Virus record (IMG/VR): IMGVR_UViG_3300018059_000546
Source: a virus
DNA: 64,000 bases
Strand: one strand, 5' to 3'
A model generated the notes under the pieces. It was given only the letters and a program-made list of their open reading frames with translations. It searched no databases and was not told the DNA's origin. Shown here piece by piece: positions 56,054 to 64,000 of the stretch (its first letter is position 1; every line of letters starts with the position of its first letter). Both the position numbers and the translations under genes were made by a program.

Positions 56054-56392
56054 TTATTCCTTTTGAGCACGTTTGACCATCGCAACAACCAAAGAAACCA
56101 AGTCCGATCGAAAGTCATGATCCTTCGTGAGGAGCACTCCGACGATCTGTTCTGCCAACTTGCGAGCATCCGCACCTTCGGCCAGAGCGACGGCTTTTCG
56201 AACCTCGGGATTGCGAGCTGCGTGCACAGCAATTTCCCTAAGACCATCCAACATCGCATCCCCGATGAGCATCGATAGTTCGAGCCCGCCGTGTGAAGTT
56301 CTCTCTGTTAAAGTACGACGAAGCTCGCCTCTAATGACAGATCTAATCTCTGTTTCGGTGAGTTTCAGATCGTTCTTTTCGTTTTTTACCAT
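56054..56392 (-). CDS. small protein with putative virion-targeting leader
   Basis: LKLTETEIRSVIRGELRRTLTE. Confidence 0.7.
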   Translation of the reverse strand: MVKNEKNDLKLTETEIRSVIRGELRRTLTERTSHGGLELSMLIGDAMLDGLREIAVHAARNPEVRKAVALAEGADARKLAEQIVGVLLTKDHDFRSDLVSLVVAMVKRAQKE

Positions 56393-56757
56393 TCGCCGAA
56401 ATCTTTATCTTCCATTTCGAGCTCACGGGTGATGAGATTGACCTCAAGCCGAATGGCTTTCATGATCCTGTTGGAGATCCTATTTGATACTTCCATGTTG
56501 GTCCATTCATTTTCGGTCGACTGAGTGCTGTTCAGCAGAAGAGTCGATACCTGCTCGGTCACGGCGTCTACTAGATCGATCACAGATGACAGATCTAGCG
56601 GGCCAGACTCTGCAGGACCTCGGTTGGGAGATGCCTTCAGGCGCGTTTCAGAATCTTCCCTTGGAGGAAGCAGCTGATTTGTTTGAGCGAGCGGATTTTT
56701 CTTTCCGTCCAATTCTTCACGAATCAACTTCCTAAGTTCGGACTCGCTGAACTTCAT
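56386..56757 (-). CDS. small protein with putative virion-targeting leader
   Basis: MKFSESELRKLIREEL. Confidence 0.7.
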   Translation of the reverse strand: MKFSESELRKLIREELDGKKNPLAQTNQLLPPREDSETRLKASPNRGPAESGPLDLSSVIDLVDAVTEQVSTLLLNSTQSTENEWTNMEVSNRISNRIMKAIRLEVNLITRELEMEDKDFGEW

Positions 56758-56760
56758 TTA

Positions 56761-59700
56761 TCAGCCTCCGGTTGCGCGGTTGGTGATGATGAAGTCAAGA
56801 GTGACGAATTCGATCGTTCTGGTCGGAACCACGAAGATCTTACCTCGAATCGTGTTGTTCTCGATATCGATCTGCGAGGTCGTAGTGGCATCAATCTGAA
56901 CCTTGTAGTTCGTAAGACCGAACTGCTTCCTGATCTTTGCAAGTTTCGGTTCGACGGCCGAAGAGAAGCGAGCAAGGGTGGATTCACGGTTGGGCTCGAA
57001 GAGGATTGTGTTGCCAACGTCTCTAACCTGTCGACGAATCTCAATGAGAAGTCGACGAACGTTGACCCGATCCAGCGCGGAGGCGAGTTGGTATAGAGTA
57101 CGTTGTCCCCACACTACGACTCCACCCTGCGCTTGCGTGCCGGGAGGTGAGGTGGATGGAAAGGCAACTAACGGATTGATGTTGGCATCGTAGAGCGTAT
57201 CCAGGTTATCCTTCGACAGACGAACCTTAGCTTCGTTCGTCGTAGAAAGAGCTCCTCGAGTGAATCCTGCAGGAGCGAACCAGGGATGTGCGATCCTATC
57301 GTTCAGAGAGAAGGCTCCGAGAACAACGACAGAAGGAGGAACGACCACGTTAGTCCGAGTGTTGGGATCCTGGACCACAACGTCGGGGTAGTAGGCTGCC
57401 GCGAAGGAGGTGTTCAGAGCACGATTCTTGAAGGCGATCGTAGTGTTAGTTACGCTGGGCGACTGGATGCTGCTAGTAACGACAGTATTAACCGTGTCGT
57501 ACTCCAGAATGTCCATGATGTACAGAGCATCGAACCTGTCCTCGATAGTAGAGACAGCAGTGTCAGTTACGACAGACTGCCGAATCCCGGGAATGGCGAG
57601 GAGTTTGACATCGACGTCGGACTTGTTCCTGATGACTGCAAGAGCCTTCAGGTAGGCCGAGACGGACGGACCCAAGGTCAATCCTCGATTGCTGTCGTCC
57701 ATATCACCCTTGACAGCGACGTCCGTGAGTTCGGATTCGTTCTGATCGAAAATGTTCGTTCCATCGAACCCGCCCTGCATAAAGGTCGTGAATTTAGCGA
57801 ACCGTCTGTTGGATGGTGTCGCAAGGTCGTTGACGGTCAGGGCACGGGTCTTATTGGGTTCGTCTGCAGAGATGAGACCGCTTCGAACGTACCGTGCCTG
57901 TTCCCACTTCTGGGTGTCAGCGAGGGTATCAGAACCGGTAACGACGAGCACGTTCTCAAGAGAGAATCTGTTGTAATTGAATCTGTCCGCGTCCACAATT
58001 CCGTTCGCGGCAGTCGCCGAAGCACCGATCTGGCCACCTTCGACGACGTCCATCGTAGAAACCATGAAATCAGGCATGTACTTGGCGAAGCTCTTGATAG
58101 ACTCATTCTTCGAGTTAGTGGAGTTCGGAGTATCGATTGTGTTGACTTGTTCGAATTGCACGCCCCAGTAGAGAAGAGAGTTAGCAAGCTTCTTGTCTGC
58201 CGAACCGTCTGCCACTGATTGGCGATACGGAACCGGAGGCTGGACCGCTCGTTTGAGTGCACCATTGACGATGAGTTCGTTCGTGAGTTCAGTCGGGCTG
58301 GTCAGAGGAGCAGACCCAGAAGTTACGAGGTGGGCCGGTCCGCGGAATCCCATTGGAAGTCCGACTGGATTAGATTCACCACTATCAACAGAAGTGTCGA
58401 GTTCGACTCTGATGTAGTTCGAACGGTTCGGATAGTTGCCTTCGATAGCAAGTTTCTGAGAAGCTGTTGTCTTGTCGAAGTCGAAGTAGACATTCTGGTC
58501 TCCGACGAGTTTACCGATGAATCGATCTGAAGAAGGATTCAAAGTAGCCCCTCTGAAGGTTTCGAAAATTCTCGGAGCCGAATCGCTGTCAGCCCAATCT
58601 CTAACCACGAGATCGAACGTACCGTAGAGATCCGACGCATTCACTGCGGGTGAAATATTCTCGATGGAGATCTTGATAGCTACGCTAACTCCAGTGCCGT
58701 CGTCGAGAGCGTGAATTCTAAAGAGATTAGCAGGAGATCCACCAAATTTTTGAGAGATGATCCAAGGAGTTACCGCGTGGCGGAAACGATCTTCGAAGTT
58801 CTCGTAATCGGGTACAGTCGCCGAACCAACATCTCTTCCAAGAGATCCTGTCGTGAGGAATGCTGCTGCTTCAGTACCGGATTTCCGAGTTGCGGTTCCG
58901 TTTGCACCTTGCGAACCGGAAATGAGACCTGTGCCAGTGACAACAGCAAGGGTAGGATGAATATCCCAGTACGCGTACAGATAGTGACCTGCTTGCTGAA
59001 GCTTGTATGGGTCAGTGTTGAAGACGTTGGGAAAGTAGTTTGGTGCCGTGATATCGAACGATGCAGAAAGCACATTAGGATACCGAGCGTCCAGACCTTT
59101 GTGCCCGTTCAGTAACATCGTGAACTGCTGCTTCGCTTGCGAGTTTTCCAGAAGGATGACTGCACCCAACTGAGAACCGGATGAGAATGCGTCCGATGCA
59201 ACGAATGTTGACGCCGGAGCGGCGCTGTCACCGAGGAGAGATCCTCCGAGGCTACCTGTTTGCGAAGAAGATAGACGAAGGATGACACCAGAAGCTGCCA
59301 TCAACATTCCACGGACGATTGGAAGGGACGATGAAATTCCAGGCGTGATGCTTCCAGTTCCCTGGAGACCAGCTGCAGAAAACACGGTTGATCCGATGGA
59401 CTCGGACATGAAACATCCGATGAAGTATGTACGTCCCAAAGGGCCACCCGGATTAGCGTACGGGTTCTGTGCTAGAATACCCGCATCGTTCGGCTGCTGT
59501 TCGCCGACAACGAAACCGGCGCTCGCAACTTTTCCAGCGGTCACACCGCTCGTGGTTCTTTTACTGCCATCTCCAACACCGAGAACTCGGAGGAAGGTGA
59601 GGGACTGCGCATTCCGTAACCATTCGACAGCTGCAAGGGGAGCGAATTTCTTCCCATCGGATTTACCGAACTTGGCATAGAAATCGCTGAGCAGACCGAT

Positions 59701-59841
59701 CGTTACGGGAACGTACGCAGGACCCTTGACAGCAGTGCCAATGACCGCCGCAGGAATTCCCACAGGGGACGCTTGTGTCGGTCCCGAGAGGTCAACCTCA
59801 CGAGTAGAGACGCCTGCACTACCAAATTTTGTCTGTCCCAT
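56761..59841 (-). CDS. tail sheath protein, paralogue 1
   Basis: SAGVSTREVD, GTAVKGPAYVP, PWFAPAGFTRG, WGQRTL...SALDRVNVRRLL, FEPN, PTRTIEF..LDF. Confidence 0.95.
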   Translation of the reverse strand: MGQTKFGSAGVSTREVDLSGPTQASPVGIPAAVIGTAVKGPAYVPVTIGLLSDFYAKFGKSDGKKFAPLAAVEWLRNAQSLTFLRVLGVGDGSKRTTSGVTAGKVASAGFVVGEQQPNDAGILAQNPYANPGGPLGRTYFIGCFMSESIGSTVFSAAGLQGTGSITPGISSSLPIVRGMLMAASGVILRLSSSQTGSLGGSLLGDSAAPASTFVASDAFSSGSQLGAVILLENSQAKQQFTMLLNGHKGLDARYPNVLSASFDITAPNYFPNVFNTDPYKLQQAGHYLYAYWDIHPTLAVVTGTGLISGSQGANGTATRKSGTEAAAFLTTGSLGRDVGSATVPDYENFEDRFRHAVTPWIISQKFGGSPANLFRIHALDDGTGVSVAIKISIENISPAVNASDLYGTFDLVVRDWADSDSAPRIFETFRGATLNPSSDRFIGKLVGDQNVYFDFDKTTASQKLAIEGNYPNRSNYIRVELDTSVDSGESNPVGLPMGFRGPAHLVTSGSAPLTSPTELTNELIVNGALKRAVQPPVPYRQSVADGSADKKLANSLLYWGVQFEQVNTIDTPNSTNSKNESIKSFAKYMPDFMVSTMDVVEGGQIGASATAANGIVDADRFNYNRFSLENVLVVTGSDTLADTQKWEQARYVRSGLISADEPNKTRALTVNDLATPSNRRFAKFTTFMQGGFDGTNIFDQNESELTDVAVKGDMDDSNRGLTLGPSVSAYLKALAVIRNKSDVDVKLLAIPGIRQSVVTDTAVSTIEDRFDALYIMDILEYDTVNTVVTSSIQSPSVTNTTIAFKNRALNTSFAAAYYPDVVVQDPNTRTNVVVPPSVVVLGAFSLNDRIAHPWFAPAGFTRGALSTTNEAKVRLSKDNLDTLYDANINPLVAFPSTSPPGTQAQGGVVVWGQRTLYQLASALDRVNVRRLLIEIRRQVRDVGNTILFEPNRESTLARFSSAVEPKLAKIRKQFGLTNYKVQIDATTTSQIDIENNTIRGKIFVVPTRTIEFVTLDFIITNRATGG

Positions 59842-59861
59842 GCTGTTTCCTTAGATCACCC

Positions 59862-60110
59862 TTAAGTATCGTCATCATCTGGTATGTGCTTCCACGTTTT
59901 AAACATGGCAATATTGCAGACAGATATCGGTGTTGAACCTATTGTATTTGCCCATCGTTGACAAAATTCTAATCGTGGAGAGCCATACCAACGATTTCCA
60001 GGATTTCCTAAGCCCGCAGCTTTCCATTCTTTTCTGATTTGGCGAACAACTTGTTCGGTGAACTTTGAGCTACCGCAACGTTCTCCTTTAGGGTGGCTAG
60101 CCTCTATTGG
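59862..60110 (-). pseudogene. remnant of homing endonuclease C-terminal DNA-binding domain
   Basis: 83-codon frame with no ATG/GTG/TTG near its 5' end: KGERCGSSKFTEQVVRQIR...IAMFKTWKHI, like the C-terminus of 45083-45856. Confidence 0.6.
59863..59868 (-). promoter_or_regulatory. late-promoter-like motif TACTTA for sheath 1
   Basis: Recurrent motif, 21 nt upstream of the ATG, followed by an AAGGA SD. Confidence 0.55.
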
Positions 60111-60114
60111 TTAT

Positions 60115-63100
60115 CTAGATAAAATCCACGCCGCTGTTTGTTATGATAAAGTCGATACCGATCTTTTCAATCGCTCTGGTCGGCTTGATTTCAATGCTGC
60201 CATTGACTCGATTGTCGAGTGCATCGCGTTCACTGTTGTTGCGTTCGTCCATGATGACCTGGTAACTTTCGACACCGAACTGCGTTTGGATCAGACCAAT
60301 TCTGATGGACACGTCGCTGACGAACTTGTTGCGAACTTCGGGAGTGTTCTGCTCGAACACCATTCTGTTTGCGATGTCGACGATTTGCCGCTTGACTTCG
60401 ATGACGAGCCGACGGACGTTGACACGGTTGAGCGCAGAGTTCGCCTGCTGGAGCGTCTTTTGTGCGAAGATGACGAACTGGCGGGGTGGAAATGGTGCGA
60501 TCGGATTGATACGAGCATCGTCCAGAATGTCTCTGTCCGAACCGTTTAAGCGAACCGCTACGTTTTTGACGAATTCCAGAGAAGCTCTGTTGAATCCTGC
60601 AGGAGCGTACCAGGGATAAGCAACTCGATCATTCAGTGCAAGGGCGGCGAGCGCCGCAACCGAAGCGGGAACCTTCACTCGACGGCTGTTCACGGCATCA
60701 TCAGCAATGACATCTGGGAAGTAAGTCGCGGTGTAGTTATTATCGAGAGCGCGGGAATCGAAGTTCTTCGCGGTGTTGGTGATGTCCGGACGGGTCACGG
60801 AATCATCGTATAGACGTACGTTCGTATCGTCGTACGAGGGAATGTCCATCACGTACAGAGCGAGACCATATTCTCTTACCATCTTAGCGGCGTAGTCGGT
60901 GACATATGGATCTCTGATTCCAGGAATCGTCAGGATGTTGAGGTTGACGTTCAGTTTGTTGGTCATGATATCGATCGCTGTTTTGATCGAGAAGACCGAA
61001 CTGTTCGTCGCACCTGATCCACCCTGGTTTTGGGCGAGACCGGGAGAAACATAGGTTGTGGAGGCTCCACCACCGGTATCGAAAGATACTGACCTGTCGT
61101 TCATTCTGCGTGAGGCTTTATCGAGGATGTTGAGTCCATCGAATCCACCCTGAAGGAATGTCGAAAACTTCATGGCAGGTGAGAACCTGTTGAAGTCAGA
61201 AGATCCCGTCATTGCTGCGAGAGTTGCGAACGTGATACGAGTCGAGATAGTTCCATCGTTGACAGTATACGTCGTTGGATCGGGAGTCGCATCACGAACG
61301 TAAGCAGCTTCCTTCATATGGGTCTCTACCGTACCTGTGAGGTCGACGACAGACTGGTTGAAAAAAGCAACCTTTGCAAGGGTGAACTTGTTGTTGTTCT
61401 GAACGTCTGCTCCCGAACCTGTGACAAGCATGTCCAATTGCGCGATGCCTGCGAACTTCGAAAAAGACTGGATGATCTTGTTCTGTTCGCTTGCCGTGTT
61501 AGAATCGAGAGGACTATTATTACGTTCGAACTTGACACCCCAGTAGTAATTCATATTCGTGACAGTCGTGGTACCCGGATTACCGAGGAAACCTGACGTC
61601 GCGAGATTACCGCGAGTGATTTTGAAACGGAATGGAATCGGAGGAACGATCGAACCCGTAGTACTAGAAGCGATTCCAACACCAACCGTTCCAGCGAGGC
61701 GCTGACCCGTAGTAGATCCCGTGTCCGACAATAAGTCGTTAGTTTTGAGAACAGAATGACCCCGAAATCCGAAGGGCAGGGCCGAGGGAGGAACCATCGC
61801 TCTATCGACTTCATCCGTCATGACCACACGAACGAGGTTCGAACGGTTCGCGTACTTGCCCTTGGCAACCAAACGACGATCTGCAACTTGTTCAGATTCG
61901 AAATCGAAATAAACTCTACGATCTCCAATCACCCTAGCAACGTAATTTTCCAACGCAGGGTTCAGAGAACAGTTCGGGAACTGCTCGAGCACCTTTGGAT
62001 TCGAATCATCGTCATCCCACGCTCGAACGAGGATGGTGAAGGTTCCGTACGGATTCATCTGATCCGAAGAACGCTTCAGGCTGGTGATAGAAATCTTGTA
62101 AAGGCTGTTAGCGTACTCTCCATCGTCAATAGCTTCAATTCTGAAAAGATCGTACTCAGTTTTACCGAACGGTTGTGAGATGAAATTGGGAGTCTTTGGG
62201 GTCGTGTACTTCGTATCGAAGTGTCCAAGAGCATCTCTGAACGTCATCGTCGAATTACCGGACGAGTTCGAAGCGTTGGCTGAACCGGAAAGAACACCGA
62301 CTGCAGTCGGCGTGGCAACTTCATCGTCGACAGGGAAGTCAGCGTAAACTACATGAAGTTCGGTCGCGAACTTATCAAGATCCTTATTGAGGAGCTTGGC
62401 ATAGTAGTTGTCGCTGGTCGGATTTAGGGAAGCAGTAAAGATCTTGACTCCCGCAATACCATCCGTGGCGGACCAGGCCGCACCGAGCGTGGACGAAAGA
62501 ACGAGCTTGAAAGTTCCTCCTGAAACTGTTCCGACGTCATCGGGACCAAGTCCGTTGAAAACTCCGAGAGCATTTTCGTTACCGTCAAGAACCATTAGAC
62601 GTGTGCCCGAAGTCAACATGACAACTCCTCTAACGAGGTTGACAGTCGAACCGACGAAGCTTTCATTGTTGGTAAACATAGGCATTCCGAATGCCTCGTT
62701 CGTCTGCAGAGTGTGACGGGCGGTCACAAGTTGAGTGCAGCCATTATGACGACGTTCTCCATTACCGACTACGGTACCAGTCACGTTGAACCCGGCATTT
62801 TTTACCTGCCCGGTTGTTTTGAACAACGTAATGTCTGCTGTCGTGCTAAGAGTTCCCGCGCCCAAAAGGCGAAGGAATGTCAAAGCACTTCTATGCTTCA
62901 AAAACTCGTTCGCTGCGTAAGGACCGAACTTCTTAACATCGAGATCGCCGAATTTACCTCGGAAATCTGCCATGCTAGAAACCGTTACCGGGACGAACGC
63001 AGGCCCCTTGTTTGACGTAGAAATGACTCCCGCCGGTGTACCCGTCGGAACAACATCCTGTAAAATCGAGCGGTCAATTTCCTGCTCGAAAAATCCCGGA

Positions 63101-63123
63101 GAACGAAACGCCTGCTCTGCCAT
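60115..63123 (-). CDS. tail sheath protein, paralogue 2
   Basis: FRSPGFFEQEID, KGPAFVP, PWYAPAGFNR, QKTL...SALNRVNVRRL, FEQN, PTRAIE.I.IDF; GGAG SD before ATG 63123. Confidence 0.95.
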   Translation of the reverse strand: MAEQAFRSPGFFEQEIDRSILQDVVPTGTPAGVISTSNKGPAFVPVTVSSMADFRGKFGDLDVKKFGPYAANEFLKHRSALTFLRLLGAGTLSTTADITLFKTTGQVKNAGFNVTGTVVGNGERRHNGCTQLVTARHTLQTNEAFGMPMFTNNESFVGSTVNLVRGVVMLTSGTRLMVLDGNENALGVFNGLGPDDVGTVSGGTFKLVLSSTLGAAWSATDGIAGVKIFTASLNPTSDNYYAKLLNKDLDKFATELHVVYADFPVDDEVATPTAVGVLSGSANASNSSGNSTMTFRDALGHFDTKYTTPKTPNFISQPFGKTEYDLFRIEAIDDGEYANSLYKISITSLKRSSDQMNPYGTFTILVRAWDDDDSNPKVLEQFPNCSLNPALENYVARVIGDRRVYFDFESEQVADRRLVAKGKYANRSNLVRVVMTDEVDRAMVPPSALPFGFRGHSVLKTNDLLSDTGSTTGQRLAGTVGVGIASSTTGSIVPPIPFRFKITRGNLATSGFLGNPGTTTVTNMNYYWGVKFERNNSPLDSNTASEQNKIIQSFSKFAGIAQLDMLVTGSGADVQNNNKFTLAKVAFFNQSVVDLTGTVETHMKEAAYVRDATPDPTTYTVNDGTISTRITFATLAAMTGSSDFNRFSPAMKFSTFLQGGFDGLNILDKASRRMNDRSVSFDTGGGASTTYVSPGLAQNQGGSGATNSSVFSIKTAIDIMTNKLNVNLNILTIPGIRDPYVTDYAAKMVREYGLALYVMDIPSYDDTNVRLYDDSVTRPDITNTAKNFDSRALDNNYTATYFPDVIADDAVNSRRVKVPASVAALAALALNDRVAYPWYAPAGFNRASLEFVKNVAVRLNGSDRDILDDARINPIAPFPPRQFVIFAQKTLQQANSALNRVNVRRLVIEVKRQIVDIANRMVFEQNTPEVRNKFVSDVSIRIGLIQTQFGVESYQVIMDERNNSERDALDNRVNGSIEIKPTRAIEKIGIDFIITNSGVDFI

Positions 63124-63200
63124 GGTGCTCCTTCGAAGATTAGCTCCCACATATAACTATACGCGCCAGCTTTGGAAGTCCCAAGAGGCTGCCCGTAGAA

Positions 63201-64000
63201 TCAGTCATCGGAGATATTTAGAGTGGTTCCCATCTCGGGAATAAGGACCTGTTCACCAGAACGAGGGTCCGTTGTAACTATTCGTAGGTATTCCGTTCGT
63301 TCTTTGCCGGTAAACGGATTTTTCACGATCGTGACTTTAGAGACCGGTGTTTCGACAGTTCTCCTGGCAGTTGGTTGGATTTCACCGTTCAGAGTGAAGC
63401 CTCTCGACGGATCGTCTGAACCCTCTGTGGGATCTGAAGCTGTGGGGATACCATTCGTCAGACGAACGTAGTCTTCATCGTATCCGATCCCGAAACTGAT
63501 GATGGGAGCTGAGAGATGCGCTCTGACAGAAGACGGTTCTCCCGGATTTTCCGCAGCTACCATGTAGGCAGGCACCCTAACGGAAAACTTGTACTTGAGC
63601 AAACGTTCTGACGATGACATGTCATCAGCATTATCTTCGGCCGTGTACGGATCATCTTGGACAGAAGCTACGAACCAGTAACCTTTCGTTGTTTCGAGAC
63701 GCAAAAGTTTATGACCGGTGGGTAAATATGATCCCATGAGTCTCTGGAGCATTTGATTCATGTGCGTCGTGTACTGGGACCAAAGCACAACTTCGTAGTT
63801 CGCGGTGAAGAACTGTTGCATCGGAATCGTGATGAGTTCCCAAAAGTTGTTCCCGTACTTGGCGGCCAATAACCCTCCATCCTGGATGTTCTGGTCATCT
63901 TCGTTCGCTCCGACAATTCGATCAGTTTCTAAGGAGAATGAATCGTCAGCAACATTGGCTTGGTTCTTCAATCCAATCTTGTTGATGAGATTCTGGTAGG
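63201..64000 (-). CDS. putative tail terminator/neck protein (gp15-like), 5' end outside window
   Basis: Frame open to window edge; ITIP...F..NYEV.LW..Y..HMN.M...; upstream of sheaths. Confidence 0.55.
   Translation of the reverse strand, partial: YQNLINKIGLKNQANVADDSFSLETDRIVGANEDDQNIQDGGLLAAKYGNNFWELITIPMQQFFTANYEVVLWSQYTTHMNQMLQRLMGSYLPTGHKLLRLETTKGYWFVASVQDDPYTAEDNADDMSSSERLLKYKFSVRVPAYMVAAENPGEPSSVRAHLSAPIISFGIGYDEDYVRLTNGIPTASDPTEGSDDPSRGFTLNGEIQPTARRTVETPVSKVTIVKNPFTGKERTEYLRIVTTDPRSGEQVLIPEMGTTLNISDD

Noticed and set aside
1-64000. Genome-wide TAG reassignment (code 15)
   Set aside because: Long genes contain no internal TAG, and several conserved genes end correctly at TAG.
1-64000. 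tRNA, rRNA or CRISPR arrays; apparent abundance of TCGA/GATC words
   Set aside because: None recognised by eye (tRNAscan/CRISPR tools not run); the word bias was not quantified and may reflect codon usage.

Overview
A 64-kb segment of a large, T4-like contractile-tailed (jumbo-type) bacteriophage genome using the standard genetic code, with genes packed almost entirely on the minus strand. The left part (1-29.8 kb) covers replication, nucleotide metabolism and translation support: DnaE (truncated by the window edge), UDP-glucuronate decarboxylase, NT5C, all-alpha NTP pyrophosphatase, Tmk, ThyX, class II RNR, DnaB/gp41 helicase, 5'-3' exonuclease, dUTPase, RecA, Map, a Pth2-like protein, gp32-like SSB, GroES, an HD protein and a short PolA-like protein. 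The right part (29.8-64 kb) is a tail module (baseplate-type proteins, tape measure, chaperones, tube, two sheath paralogues) interspersed with accessory genes. It carries six free-standing homing-endonuclease-like genes, one endonuclease remnant and a solo TnpB. Main observations: (1) the TnpB's predicted guide is a protein-conserving variant of the adjacent tape-measure gene's 5' end, next to a TTTAT TAM-like motif, suggesting an RNA-guided homing or anti-competitor element with self-immunity by recoding; (2) recA is fractured by an atypically split intein with a 13-residue N-fragment; (3) an amber-containing leader ORF (MLNFW*HCRGPP) precedes the Pth2/Map genes, and a separate gene with an in-frame UAG is missing from the ORF track; (4) about ten unrelated small proteins share a cleavable-looking N-terminal leader, and a TA(C/G/T)TTA late-promoter-like motif recurs upstream of structural and accessory genes. 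All family assignments come from motif recognition by eye; no searches were run.
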